DNA from: Raillietiella orientalis
Taxonomy: Eukaryota
Assembly: GCA_036172245.1 (NCBI GenBank)
Contig: JAYWIR010000051.1
Coordinates: 62,001 to 126,000, forward strand
Direction of reading: 5' to 3'
Length of the DNA stretch: 64,000 nt
A model generated the notes under the pieces. That model was not told the origin of the DNA. It made no database searches and saw only the letters and a list, made by a program, of their open reading frames with translations. Positions within the stretch are counted from its first letter, which is position 1. Every line of letters begins with the position of its first letter. Shown piece after piece: positions 48,579-61,139 of this stretch. Made by a program: the position numbers and the translations under genes.

Positions 48579-51500
48579 GTGAGTAGAGGAAGTGGACACG
48601 GAGAGGGAGGGAGAGCAGGGAAAGGGATGGGACGGAGGGAACTCCTTGGAGACGCGGGCCGCGCGGATGCTTTGCCCCTTCCGTTGCCTTTTCCCCGTTC
48701 CGCCCCCGCACTGGGCAGCAGAGTGGGCGCTGCGGCAGGAGGAGAAGAGAGGGGAGAACAGGACGTCCCAAGCGCGCGCATATCCGTCCGCGCGCCGCAG
48801 GGATATTTCCGCCCACTCCTCTGAGCGGGCGCGACTGCTGTGGCGCCAAGAGCGTATCCGTCAGGTGAAGACCCGAGGTCAGGAACCACGGGGATCGCAC
48901 AGTCCATTCCCTCGCCCTCCCCTCGCTCTCGCCTCATGGCACGCCCTCCTCGCTCTCGGACGTCCCTGACTGCGGCGGGGGCTGTCACATTCGTGCCGGA
49001 CGGCAGAGGATCCGACCTCCGAAGCGGCTGACCACGGGCCGCACCCGGAGAACGCGACTTGCTCGTAGAAACAATGGAAGTCTCTCTCGCCGTGAAGACC
49101 GCTGTTACCATGAGGATACCGCGGCCGTACGAGGGTTGAGGCGCCTCCCCTCATAGCTGCAAGCTTGGTTTCCGCGGCCTAGAGATCTCCCTCCCGAACT
49201 TCCCCTCTCAGCTCCCGGGGGGTCGGGAGGGGGTGAGAAAGTGTTGGAGGAGTTCTAAAGGAATTCTCCTGATAAGCTTCGGGAAGGCCTGAGGCGCCCG
49301 AGAGTAGCGAGCGCCGGAGGTCCCGCACCACCACAAGAGTCACTCCGGTCGCTTGGCTGTCCGCTGGAAGGGTCGTCTCTCCGCAATACGGGCCGCTCAA
49401 TTCCCAGTGCTCGCGATTCACTCTCTCTATTGGTGTCGAGCTGGCGCTCTGGAGGCGATGGCAGCTGTCCGACGAAAGCGACAGTGAAAGGTCAGGCAAA
49501 AAGACGCAGATACCTCTCCTCCCACAGCTCCCTGTAGTGCTGTTCCTCTCCTCCACCCTACCCCCTTCGGAAAGGCTCGCGCCCTCGGACAGTCTCGGGG
49601 TTAGCTAGCCAGCCCTAGATTTCCGGAGGGGAGTGGAGGAAGTCGCAACCTTCCCGGCTTTGTCCTCATGTCTCGGGAGTCGAGGCAGGGTGCAGACGCA
49701 CTCTGCAGAAACGCGTGCCGAAAGATAGGCTCCTTCCCCTTCTCTCCTTGTCTCTATCGGAAGCGGCACCAGTGCTGCCCCCCCACCCTCCCCTGCCCTC
49801 GCGGCCTGCACTTTTCCCGACCGCTAATCTCACGCAGGGACTCGAGGAGGCGCCGCTGTTCTCGCCATCCGGGGCAACGGATCTGGGTGAGGAAGGGACT
49901 CGCTTCCACCCCTTGCGGTCGCCTGTCGCGACCCGGACAATACCAAATACAAGTCGACTTCTCGGTCGGCGTCTGTGAAGTCGGAGGGCTATGACAACAG
50001 CCGGCAGCAAGGTTGGAATCTGCTGGAGCCGCGCCAGTTAAGCGCAGGAAGGAAGCCCGACGAGGGGTGAGGGATGATCAGCGACACTGGCGCGGTTGAT
50101 GTTGGCGGCGAAGTTGTTACGGGGAGCGGCTCTCTGGCGACCGGAGGGACAAACTCTTGACGATAAGACAATCTTGGCATCCCCAAGAAACCACTCCAGG
50201 GAGAGCGACATCTCCCACCCACCCCAAGTCTGGAGATCGGTCCTGCATTCGCTTCCTAACCGGCTCCCCGACCCTCCCTAGTCCTCCCTCATTCCTCGGA
50301 GAGCATGGTCTTCGGGCGAAGTGATCTTCGTCCGAGCGTTCTCTTTGGTGCTGACTGAAGGTCTTCCAAAGCGACAATGTCCTCGAAGGGTCATGGGGAA
50401 GAGGGCAGCGCCACGCATGCACCTGTTCATGTCAAGACGCCAACCGGTCCAGCAGTTGAGGACCGAAAAGCTATTTTCCCGCGTGGACCGACTTCCCTCG
50501 CGCAATCAAGGATGAAGAGGTCGCTCTGCGCTCACCGCGCCGTCCCGGCCCGTCCTCTGCCGCAGGGTAGACGAGGAGCAGTTTCAGCCCCTCCTGACGA
50601 GCTATAAAGATTTCTTCCTCGCAAGCGGTGCGTGAGATGCTGTGCGTCTTGTGTCTTCCTGTGCTTCGCTACGCTCCGCTTCGAGCATTGTCGCGGGGTT
50701 CGCTGAGAAAGCCACGGGCGAGGGATTCTCTTGTCAGGCAGGCAAGCAAAGAAAGCGCTAAAGACGCATCCCTGTTCGCCATGGCGTACCATCGGGTCAG
50801 AAGCTGGGAAGGAGCGCTTCCCTTGCAGCGGTCTCCGAGCGCGGTTGTGACTCAGAAGCCCGCAAGGAGGAAGGGTCGCACGGACCTTCCCGGGTTAATA
50901 CTGGCCAGCCTGGCGCAGCCACCTCTCGGAGCCCCGCCTCATCTATCGCAGAGGAATTCCCTCGAAGTGCCGGATGGGGCAGAGCATCTGTGGGCTCGTC
51001 TTCGAGACCCCTTCCCGCCGACCTCTGGCGCCACGTGTAGTGACCAACTGGCCGGCAAGAGTTCTGTGAGTTCTGCTGCCGCCGCAAGGGATCCAAGGAC
51101 TTTAGCCTGCTGGGGTTTTAAGGAATGAGAAGACTGGTGGTCCTGCTGCTGTTTCTTCCCTGCCTTCCACGTGGAAGCTGTGGTCATCTCTCACTAGTGT
51201 GGAAAGTTGGTGGTCTGTAATCCACGGGACGCATGCGGATGACGCGAGAACTCCTTCTCCCTTCCTCCTCCTCCTCTTTCTTCTCGACTTCGCGAGAGGC
51301 ACTGCCGACTGAAGCGCCCCCTCTGCCTTCCCGGCGAGACGGCAGCTGATCGCTCGGAGCCGACAAACAAACAGAAACGCCCGAGGAGAGCTGCCTCTGC
51401 CTGCCGCCGATTCCGGGAAATCTTTCCGGTGACGCCGCTTGCCGCCAGTCTCCGGCGCGCGCGAGGGACGCAGGAGGACGTTCTTGGAGCCCCCTTCGGG

Positions 51501-51825
51501 GGATGGAACGGACTGAGGTTTCGGACCATCTCGAAGGTCGCGAAGAGGACGTGTTTTCACTTCGTAGGAAGCGGAGAAGCTCAGCAGCGGTCGCGTGGTT
51601 CCTCCCGGAAAGCCAGTGGAATGAGGACAAGGCCTGACCCTCAGTGACCGAGGGGAAGCGGCCGCACTGTGAAGTCTCTACGCCTCGTCACGGAGCGCGT
51701 TGTGTGTGATCCCCTCCGTCCGCGGGTGTCCCGCGAGCGTGCGTTCTATCGGGCGCAGAGACGCGTGCTTGCGCAGGAGCGCGCGTCACCCACGTGCAAT
51801 CATCCTGCCGAACCTCCACTTTCAG

Positions 51826-51969
51826 ACACCTGGAATCCAACAAGCTAACGTCGCTGGACCCGGGGTTCTTCCACAGCACGCCCACACTGAAGCATCTCTT
51901 CCTGAGCGACAACTGGCTGTCCGAAGACGCCCTGCCGGCCTTCCGCAGTCTAAAGAACCTGAGAACCCT
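51826..51969 (+). CDS. rk: LGR exon 5 (LRR4-5, 144 nt)
   Basis: TTTCAG acceptor, (L)HLESNKLTSLDPGFFHSTPTLKHLFLSDNWLSEDALPAFRSLKNLRTL, GTAAGA donor. Confidence 0.93.
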
Positions 51970-52842
51970 GTAAGAGCTGCTTCCTGTCTCCTCGCCTTCT
52001 CCTTGCCGCCGCCCTCCCTGGAATTTCCTGGCCAGCAACCAGGTAGAAACGCAGGGCCCCAAAAGGGTTAGGTTAAGGGTTAGCCAAAAGGGTTAGCCAA
52101 GCTAGGTTCCCCCTTCCCCCTGTGGTTGCGGGGTTGGTCCAAAGACCCGGCGGGCATCGGGGAGGAGGCGGAGGACGAGGTGGGTGCGTGGAGAAGAAAG
52201 GAGGATGGCCCAAGTCTGGATCTCCACGTGCACCACTCCAAACGTGGGGACAGTGCCACGCGGGGTTCGCGTTTCCTCGGATATGGCAGCAAAACGGGAG
52301 CCAATCAGGAGGGAGAGGACGGGAGAAGACTCCTCGAGGACTCTCGGGCTTCTCTCTTTCCGGGACAAGGAGCGGCGGTGTGCAAGCCAACCTACCCAGG
52401 CAAGCGCTCCTGAGGGACACGAATGCTCGCGCTGGATGGCGACCCGCTGGACCAGGGCTCCGCGGAAGCGGCAAGCCCCTGCTCTTCGCGGGGAGTTTCA
52501 AGGCGTTTGCCACGCGAGGCGGATGCCACCGCGCCCCCAGCAGGGAGAGCCACTGCCGCGTGGTTCCTGCGCGCCTATCCGGTCAGTGACCTTCCTCCCG
52601 CGGGCGGCACGCGCTGACGCGCGCCAAGTCGGACGGGACCGAGGAGAAAGAGGGACTGAGCGCGTGGATTCCAAGGTCCTCCCGTTGGAGATCCCTGAGG
52701 GTCCCCGTCCGTTTTGCCTACTCGGGCGGCAGGAGACCCCGAGCTCCTCCGCCGGCAGCAGCACCATGACAACCTCTGTCCGTCTTGCAGGGATTCCACG
52801 GGGTCCGGCCGCTGCAGGTGCCCACCCGACTGAAGGGAGGGG

Positions 52843-53660
52843 AGCCGTCAGCAGGCACGTCTTGCGCGCGCGCCCCTCTCGAAAAGCGGCCGGTGGAGGT
52901 CCCGGAGCCATGGCAACCGAGCTCGCAGGGTCCATCCCATCAGGCCGAGGAAGCCGGCCGTTCCCGCGACGCCACGACACCCCCTCGTCGTCGCCATTTT
53001 TCCGCCTTTCGTTCTCGGAGAGAACGTGGATGACCTTGCGGAGGTCGGGGATCATGAGAAGGGAAGAGGATGACCCGAAGAGAGGCAGCTGGGCGTTGGG
53101 ACGCGAGTGCGCGCGCCGGGAAGGAGGCCACCCGAAAGCGGGAGGAAGGGGGGAAAGGGAGAAGGGAGAAATCCAGCCGGTTGCAAGGGTGGACAGTGGC
53201 AGGTGAAGCAGGATGCGGCAGCTTTCGATGTTCTACGGCTGGAGTGTCTCGGCAGCAAGGCAAGCGCGGGACGGCCGCGGAGTTCGGATGGTGCTCAGTA
53301 ACCACACGGATCCACCAGCTGCGTAAGATCCCGAGAGACTCAGTCGTCGCGCAGCTCCACCCCAGTCTTCCGCACGCAGAAATGTCTCGTGTACGGCATT
53401 CTGGGACGCAACATCACCAGGTGTCTACTTGCCGCTGCAAACATTCTTACGGGAGCTGGACACCCTGTGTGCGCGTGCGTAAAATGCGTGGGTGCGTGAA
53501 TGTTGGCACTCAGGGATGACAGCACCCTCTTACTTTTAAACCACAAGGCAAGCGCGAGACGGCCCCGGTGTCTGGATGGTGCTCAGCAACCTCACGGATC
53601 CACCCGCTGCGTAAGATCCTGGAGGACGCGGTTGTCGCGCAGCTCACCCCAGCCTTCCGC
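52843..53660 (-). repeat. Inverted copy of 17234-17935 (52843-53544) plus an older partial tandem duplicate (53545-53660)
   Basis: 53545-53660 is a diverged copy of 53257-53372, an offset of about 288 nt. Confidence 0.93.
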
Positions 53661-55645
53661 GCATTTCCGTCTGCGTGGAGGAGGAGGAGAGTCAGGAAAC
53701 TGACCTCGGTGTGCGGTGGAGGAAGCAAGGCGGGAGCTTCCCGAACAGCCTCTACCGCTCGCGGTGCGCTCGCCCGTCAACGGGGGGCGCGGCAGGCTCC
53801 GCTGGAGAGCAGGAACGCGATCCGATCCCCTGACCTAGGGACTGCGATGGGTGGTCGCGGACGGGGAGTCCACGCTGGCCGCGGTCGGTCGAACTGGAGG
53901 GAAACGGGGGCAGAGACGGAGGAGGACAAGGTGTGGAAGAGGAGCGGGCAAGGGAAGCTTTTTCGAGATCGCTCCCGATCGTTGCCTTTTGTGGATCAAC
54001 AGGGCGGCTGAGCGCGGGAGCAGAGTCGTCCCCCCTCTGCGCATCCGCGCGCCTGCGACGTAGAGACAGCACGTATGCGCCAAAAAAAAATATAGTTGAG
54101 AACCGAGGGAACCCCCTGGGTGAAGTTTCCCTATCTTCGTCCCAAGGCCCTGAAGCACACTGGTCCCATCCTGGGAGGGAACCTTTGGGTTCTGCCGACA
54201 GCCGCGTTTCCTCTTCCAAAGCTCCCCCCCCTCCTCGTTTCCTTCCCTCCGGCTTCTCGATTCACGCGACATTAAATTGCAAGGGCTGATTGCTATGGAA
54301 ACGACCACGCCTGTTCTCATTGAACAGCGTGGCACAGGAGGGGGGACAGGAATTGAACAATATGAAAAAAAAAAATGCCATGTTAGCGGGAAACTGCACG
54401 GTTTCCACGGGAACCAGCATCGAGTGTGTTCATTTGCTCCATTCCTTCTTCCTCCCTCTCCCTCCTCCTCCCCTGCACCTGCGCTAGCGCGTTTCCTCCC
54501 GTTTCCTGCTTCCCCCCTCGCGCTCTTCCTTGGAGTTTCGTGACCCCTCGGGACCGGGTAGGATCCTCGCACGGCGCGAGCCCCCTTCCGCGTCTCCTCT
54601 CCTCTCGTCGCGGCAGGAATCCTCGCAGAGTCAATTTCCCCCTATCTCTCTCCCTTGATTCCATCCGTCCCGTCCTCCCTTTACCCCAGTCTCCATTTTC
54701 ATGGACACGCTCTCGACTTTCCGTTGTCCTCTACGTAGCTAACCCGCACTTTCAAGAGATCGTTGGTTGGTCACGCGTCGCAAGAGCACAAATCTGACCC
54801 AGGTGTGTTCGAAGCGGGAGCGACTAGGAGGGCGAAAAAGGCAACAACAGCTTCCCTCTCCCCTGACCCTCCCCCTCCTTTTTTTAAAAAAATGCTTCGG
54901 GCGCTGTGAAACGCATCGGACCTTCATCCCGCATGCACCTCTCCCCCTTCTCCCTCCCAGTAACAGATCTCTCCAGGACCTCCAAAAACCCCTGCGCGAT
55001 ATGCTGGACGAAAGGAAACTCCGCGGGTGGGACGGGGGAGGCGTCGCGCAGGCTTGGTTTTTCAGCTTCACAGCGGAGGGAGGCGGGTTGGCATGTGGGC
55101 TGCGGGAGGCAAGAGAAAGAGGGGAAGAGGAGGAGGAGGAGGAGGAGAGAAGGAGAGAGGAGAGGGCAACTGCCATGTTTCTGTCGAGATAGGGTTTCAC
55201 CACACCCACTGGAAACGGCTGCTCCTCTTCCTGCTGAACAGGATAGGAGAAAAACGCCGCACGAGGTGGCGGGTGAAAGAGCTTTATGAGGAGCGGGAGG
55301 GATGAGAATTGGGGTCAGGGAGATCGAGACACTCCGGAATTCGTTCCGGATGCGAAGCCCCGGATCGGATCCAAAAGCTTGAAGGAAGGGCTACTGCGGC
55401 CGCGTCTGTGTTATGCGTGCTTCCGAAAGTCATCTCCCCGCTCAGGGTCGGAGAGTTCCCATTTGTTGTTTTCCATTCTGCCTGGCTCTCTGTAGGAGAA
55501 GCTCAGTTACGAACGAAGCCCACAAACTTGGCTAGCCGCAAGGATCCGTTTCTTATGGAGGCTTTCTGTTGCTTCCAAGAAGAAAAAAAAGGAAAAGAAA
55601 CCGATCATCGCCATCCATTTTCGCTTATTCCAAGGATCAGTTCAT

Positions 55646-55760
55646 TAGCTGCTCGTTCCGGAACGACAACAATGCCGCGGTTCCCTTGGCAATCACCCAG
55701 CGGTAGTCGCTCGTTCCGGAACGACAACAATGCCTTGCTTTGCTTGGCAACCACCCAACT
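55646..55760. repeat. Two 58-nt tandem units, each with the perfect 14-bp palindrome TCGTTCCGGAACGA
   Basis: GCTCGTTCCGGAACGACAACAATGCC at 55651 and 55709. Confidence 0.85.
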
Positions 55761-57409
55761 ATCGCTGCTTCTAAGTTGCGATGGAAACTTTTCATTTCCT
55801 GGTGAAATCGAAGATGCACGACCAGATTTGAAATGTGACGGCATCTCCCTTCCGATCCTTCAATTCCATTTCAGGAAGAGTTGAGGCAGAAGGAGCTATT
55901 GAAGAGCAGACATTTTTTGAAAGCGGAAAAAGAGGAGAGAAAAAAAAAACTGGCAACAAGAGCAGAGCAAAGAAAGGAGAAAGAAGCACAAAATTTCCTG
56001 GATCGGGATTAGCATACATCCCAACTTCTTGGAAAGAAATCTCGAGATCACATGGTAAACCTCGGAGATCAGACAGAAAAAATATGTTCTTAAAATGCTG
56101 CGAAGAAATCAGGGAATTTTGAGGGAACGGGGAAACATCTTTTCTGGTCGAAAAAGGCCTCTCGTGGTAGTGCGTGATCGCTGAATGCTCGGCGCGTAAC
56201 CGGGAACCAACATGGAACTTGACGACGGCTCACTGGATGCTGCAACCACTCCGGGAGCGTTTGGAAAATCGCACTGCGCCATGCTGCAGGACCACCAAGC
56301 CAAGACGGATGAAACTCCTCGGCGGGGAGAAGTTGGGTGCTCTCCTTTAAGGGAGCGCCGTTATTCCAGGAACTGTCGTCACGTGGAAGATGCCTCTAGC
56401 TTCCCGACTTGGTCGCGTTGGGGCTTCACGTGAGGAAGGGCCCACATAAGGTCGTGAAAAGCAGGAGGTTCTCGAGGTTCGAAGGAAACTCTCAGAGGAC
56501 ATTCCTTGGGTTCTCAAGGACTCCACACACGACATAAAGTGGTCGAGCTCGACAGCAGGGTTCCCGCGGGCGCTTCCTTCAAGCAAGAAGATGCCGATGC
56601 TCTCTCCTTTGCGGAAATCTTCGAGCTTCCTCCTAGAGACAGAAGGTCGGTCGCGCGGTGAAGTCTCCCAGGAAGAAACCTGGAGGTGTGCCAATCCTCG
56701 GTTACCGACCTTCTCCTGCTCGGATCCTGCCCTCTTGAACGATTCTTTCCTCCCCCTTGGTGCCGAACTTCCCGTTTGGGAGGGGCAAACGCGTCCCTCA
56801 AGACTAGTGCCACGCAGGGTCGCGTTTTCTCGGAGACGGCAATGTGGGGGAAATGTCGAGTGCCTCAGTCATGGACTCCTCGCACCTTCCTCCCGCTGGC
56901 AAGCGTGGGAGGCCGCTGAAGAAAAGTTCCCCTGCCAGCTAGCATCCGTTTCTTGTGGAGCCCATCGAGAGGGCAAGGATGAAGGAAGAGGAAGAGGTAG
57001 CCCCTCGAGAGCTCTCAGAGGGACATTTTTGCCAGGGCAGGGAGCGGGAAAAGGCACTGGGTTGCCGACTTCTCCCGTCCCCTTCCCGCCTCCGCCTGCG
57101 GTAGGCTCCAGCAAGCAGCCAGCCTCAGCAGTAGCGGACAGACGACTAGCCAACAGCAGCACTTCCTAACAGCCTTCGCGGAGATCTCTCGTGACATGGG
57201 GAGCAGAGTGGTGCGAGCCCGCCCCCGGGAGGGACCAACATCTATCCACTTCTCCTCTTCTCAGCGGTTGGGATCAGTTCCTGCCCATCCCATTCACCAG
57301 AGAGGACCAACCTGGAGACGCTGCTCAGTAAGCGGGCAACAAGGAGATTTTGGACGCGATTTCGCCCCCTTCCACTCTCCCCGGCACTCGTACTCGCAGG
57401 CCGATGCTC

Positions 57410-57663
57410 GACATGGTTCTTCCCCGGGTTCCGGGATAGAGATGGCGCTCTTGAAAGGTCCCCTGCGACCCTGTCCCTTCCGAAAGAGCACCTGAGACCC
57501 ACTGGAAGAGTCCAGCTTTCTGGCCCACAACCACATCGCCTCGCTCCCAGAGGACGCCTTCAGGAACAACCCCGACCTCGCCTCCGTGGAGCTGAAGGGC
57601 AACCCTATCCTGACCGTAGGGCAACACTCCTTATCCGGCTGCCGGGCCCCAGCGACCAAATGA
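57410..57663 (+). pseudogene. Duplicated LGR exon 9 with about 100 nt of upstream intron (pseudo-exon or alternative terminal exon 57516-57663)
   Basis: FLAHNHIASLPEDAFRNNPDLASVELKGNPILTVGQHSLSGCRAPATK* versus exon 9. Acceptor TCCAG is kept, the donor is lost, and TGA 57661-57663 is in frame. Confidence 0.92.
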
Positions 57664-59453
57664 AGTTCCCCACTCTCTCTCGGGGAGTGGCGAGGCGAAC
57701 GGGAAGCGACTGGATAGAAAGGGGAAGGGGCATAGGAAAGGGACAACGCAGGACTCGTTCGAAAGGGAATCCCGGAGCTCGGCAGGCGTGAGGAAGGGGG
57801 ATCGTGGGATGGGGAGGAAACATGAAAAACCCGAGCGCCATTAAGGTCTCAGGAAGAGAGGGTGGTGTCGACCCTCTGGGAAGATTCCCTGCGCTCCGCT
57901 CAACCCTTCTCTTGAGCTCTCCCTGAAGCAGATGGGGCATCGGAGCCACCTGGAGAATCGAAAGGAGGATCTTTCCCTCTTTTCCTCCTCCTCCCGTCCT
58001 CTCTTGACGTTGAGGAAGCGTCGGCGATGGCGGGAAGTGAGATGCAGCGAGGGCTATGGAGGAACCATTAGGGGTCGGTGGCACATCCCTTCCCACATTG
58101 GTTCGTCGCGCAGGGCGAGAGAAAGAGGGAGGGAGAGAGGGAATGCCGTCCCTCACAGGGGTGCAGCTCGACCCTTGTGAGGAGAGGACCCCTCGGGGAT
58201 CTGCCGCGCCCAGCGGCGAACGGGTAGCCCCCGGACGCCTTTCTGGGATCGAATCCGGGGTCTCTTGCAAGCCCGGATTGAAGGTAAGAGGGAATGGGAG
58301 AGGAGGCGAGAAGGCCACCTGAAGTGCGCAGGGGTCGGCTCGATCTGGGCAGCTGAGCGCCGGCAGCGTGGACTGCATTCAATGGGAAAGGAGAGACTCC
58401 TCAAGGGAAGCCAAGAACTCGCTCTCCTGCTTCTTCCCGCTGCTGTGCTTCCGCAGATCCCCTGGACCGGAGGGAAGGCGGAGCAGCTTCACCGTTTCCT
58501 GGGAGACGAGCCCTTTCCGCCCACGCCGCGGTCGCCGACAAAAGATGATCCTTGGAGGGGACGGCAAGGCGGACGCTGCCGCCTCTGCGCGGGGAGCCAA
58601 TCGCCTTCGTTTCTCGCAGCTGACCGCTGATCACCCGAGGTCGCCACCGCCCACGGGCGCACGCGCCACGGACGTCCCGAGGACGCACCCGGGAGCACCG
58701 CGCAGGGTCGCGGGAAGGGGACGAAACCGCTTGGCGCACGCAGCCGCCCGGACCCGCGTCCACACCCGCGCGTCCAGGCGCTAGGGCCCGCCCGCCCGGC
58801 GCGCGAGGAAGGACAAATTTCAAGGAGAACAGGCGGACAGGAGGACAGTCGTGCCGGGAATGAATTTCCCTCCGTTGCAGGGGAGGGACGAATGTTCCCG
58901 GTCTGCCGTTGTCATCGCGACGCTACCTCCGTTGCGTGGCTCCTGATTGATCGCTTCTGGACCGTTTTGAAGGAGAAGCTGGCAGAGGGACGGAGGCGAT
59001 CGCTCATGTAACGGGAAGCGTTTATCCCCTTTTGATCCTGGTGGACCTTCTCGGAAGCAACTCTACCTGAAGATGAAATCCCGTTCTGGACCATTTGCTC
59101 CTGCTGTTGACTCGTAGTCCCGCTGATTGCCTTCGAATTTCCTGGAGAACCCCTCGGTCTCTCCCCTCCCGCCAAGAGGGCATCTGGTCTACCACCCCCA
59201 TTCTATCCCTTTGCCGGACGAAGCTGACGGTGGCCAGCAACCGCGATCTGCCCGCCGCGCGCGGCTGAAAGGGGTGGGGGGAGAATAAAGGCGAAGAAGA
59301 TGGGATCTTCGGGAAGAGAGCCGTCCACCGCGCCGTTCCTCTTCCCTTTTTCTTCCTCTCCTCTTCTCTTCCTCCCTCCTTTTTTCCTTCTTCCCTTCTT
59401 CCTGGTCCCTCATGGCAGGACCCCTTGAGCTACCCCGTGACCTCTGTTCCCAG

Positions 59454-59525
59454 GCACCTCGGCAACAACTCCTTCCTCCTGCTGCCCCCGCTAGCCTTCG
59501 AAGGGATGGACGACCTACGCATCCT
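59454..59525 (+). CDS. rk: LGR exon 6 (LRR6, 72 nt)
   Basis: TTCCCAG acceptor, (L)HLGNNSFLLLPPLAFEGMDDLRIL, GTAAGT donor. Confidence 0.93.
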
Positions 59526-59589
59526 GTAAGTACCACTTCTCTGAGCGGGCATCGACTCTTCTCCCTGCCTGAACCCCCGCTCTGCGCAG

Positions 59590-59661
59590 CATCCTGGAGA
59601 GGAACCGCATCCAGGAGGTGGACGAGAGGGCCTTGCAGAACCTGAAGATCCTGAAGATCCT
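59590..59661 (+). CDS. rk: LGR exon 7 (LRR7, 72 nt)
   Basis: Follows a 64-nt intron. (L)ILERNRIQEVDERALQNLKILKIL, GTGAGT donor. Confidence 0.93.
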
Positions 59662-60470
59662 GTGAGTACCACGTGTCGCAGCACCGATTCCGATCCTCCT
59701 CCGCGCGTCCCGTTGATCTCCGGAGACTATTAGAGGTCGGAGGTAGAGGAAATGAAGGGGGAGGGGGTTGCGCCTGCCTCTCTCTGGAGGGCTCGCGCGA
59801 GCCAGCCGCGGGGCGCTCGACAGCAGCAGCGACTCCTAGCCTTCGACCGCTTCCTCGGCGCCTGAGGGCTCCACAGATGCCCCAGGGAATCCCTCCCCCC
59901 TCGTGTATCCGTGTCAGGGTTAAAGAGAAGAGGACAAGGGGCGCGGGGGCTTCCCGGAGGACGACCAGCAGATCTGTAAGGCATATTGGAGGCTCCAGCC
60001 GAATGTCCCCTCGGCTGATCAAAGTTCCCTTGATCGTTCCCCTCTCGACGGACCAAAGAGATGTTAGTCTTTTCTGGAGTCGGCGTGATCGGCGAGCACC
60101 TAGGTGAAGGACCACCTCTCGCGACCACGTCTCGGGAGGCAAGTGGTCGTGGATCCCTCCGTCCTTCCTCCCCTCTCCCTGGGGAAGTGGCACGGGGCTC
60201 TCCGTTCCTCGGCAGCATCGGGGAGTGGGACGGGGACGGGGACCCGCCGGACTGAGGATGCTGCCCTCCTCAAGTGGCTCCGCTCGCAGCCCCTAGAGGG
60301 ATGGGTCGGAGAGGGCCCACTCTTCTCCTCCCTCAGAACTCCTTCGCGACTCAGGGAGAAGCCGGAGGTGTCAAGAGAACACCTTCTCCACGAGCACCTC
60401 TGTGGCAGGGAAGACTTCCCCGTCAATTCCTTTCTGGTCCCTTGGGAGAGCTGCTCCTCATTTCTTGCAG

Positions 60471-60539
60471 AATCCTCAGCAAGAACCATCTGGACCGGTT
60501 CCCGAGGGCCGTGAGCAGTCTGGTGTCCCTGGAGGAGAT
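60471..60539 (+). CDS. rk: LGR exon 8 (LRR8, 69 nt)
   Basis: TTTCTTGCAG acceptor, (L)ILSKNHLDRFPRAVSSLVSLEE(I), GTGAGT donor. Confidence 0.93.
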
Positions 60540-60995
60540 GTGAGTGACCCCTCCCTCTCTTGCATCGAGCCCATCTGACCCCGTGCGCTCCACCCCTACT
60601 TTTTCTCTCTGCCGTTGGCCTCAATCTCTTCCCTACCCTCAGCCACTCCCGCGTGGCCCCGTGGCTCCTGAAGGAGAGACTTCCACTTCCACTCCTCCTC
60701 CCGCACCTGGGAGGGGGGAAGAGTGGGAAGGTTGCCTCAGGACCCGCAGGGGAGCCGCACCCGCGCGCCTGGATGAGGCCCCTTCCCTGATCAGTTGTGC
60801 CCCCGGAGCCTGGAACTCTTTGAAGACAGGCCCTTCGGGAAATCGGGAGTCAGGAAGGAACACCTGTTCCCTGCTCCCTCCCCGCCCGAGGCACCACGGC
60901 ATTCTCCCCCGGGGATCTGGGGTCGAGATGGCGCTCTTGAAAGGTCCCCCGCAACCCTATCCCTTTCGAAAGGGCACCCGCGACCCCTCTTCCAG

Positions 60996-61139
60996 CTCCC
61001 TGGCCCACAACCACATCGCCTCGCTCCCGGACGACGCCTTCAGGAACAACCCCGATCTCGCCTCCGTGGAGCTCAAGGGCAACCCCATCCTGACCGTGGG
61101 GCACCGCGCCTTCGTCGGGCTGCCGGATCTCAGGAAACT
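60996..61139 (+). CDS. rk: LGR exon 9 (LRR9-10, 144 nt)
   Basis: SLAHNHIASLPDDAFRNNPDLASVELKGNPILTVGHRAFVGLPDLRKL, GTGAGT donor. Matches the type-B LGR pattern NP...VG..AF..LP.LR.L. Confidence 0.95.

Noticed and set aside
52061..52110. TTAGG/GGTTAG telomere-like units
   Set aside because: Only about four imperfect units; a local micro-duplication.
52184..53206. 340-aa ORF and mirror ORFs in the 700-bp repeat
   Set aside because: Crosses the repeat boundary and is R/G/P-rich with no domain; the identity reflects recent DNA duplication.
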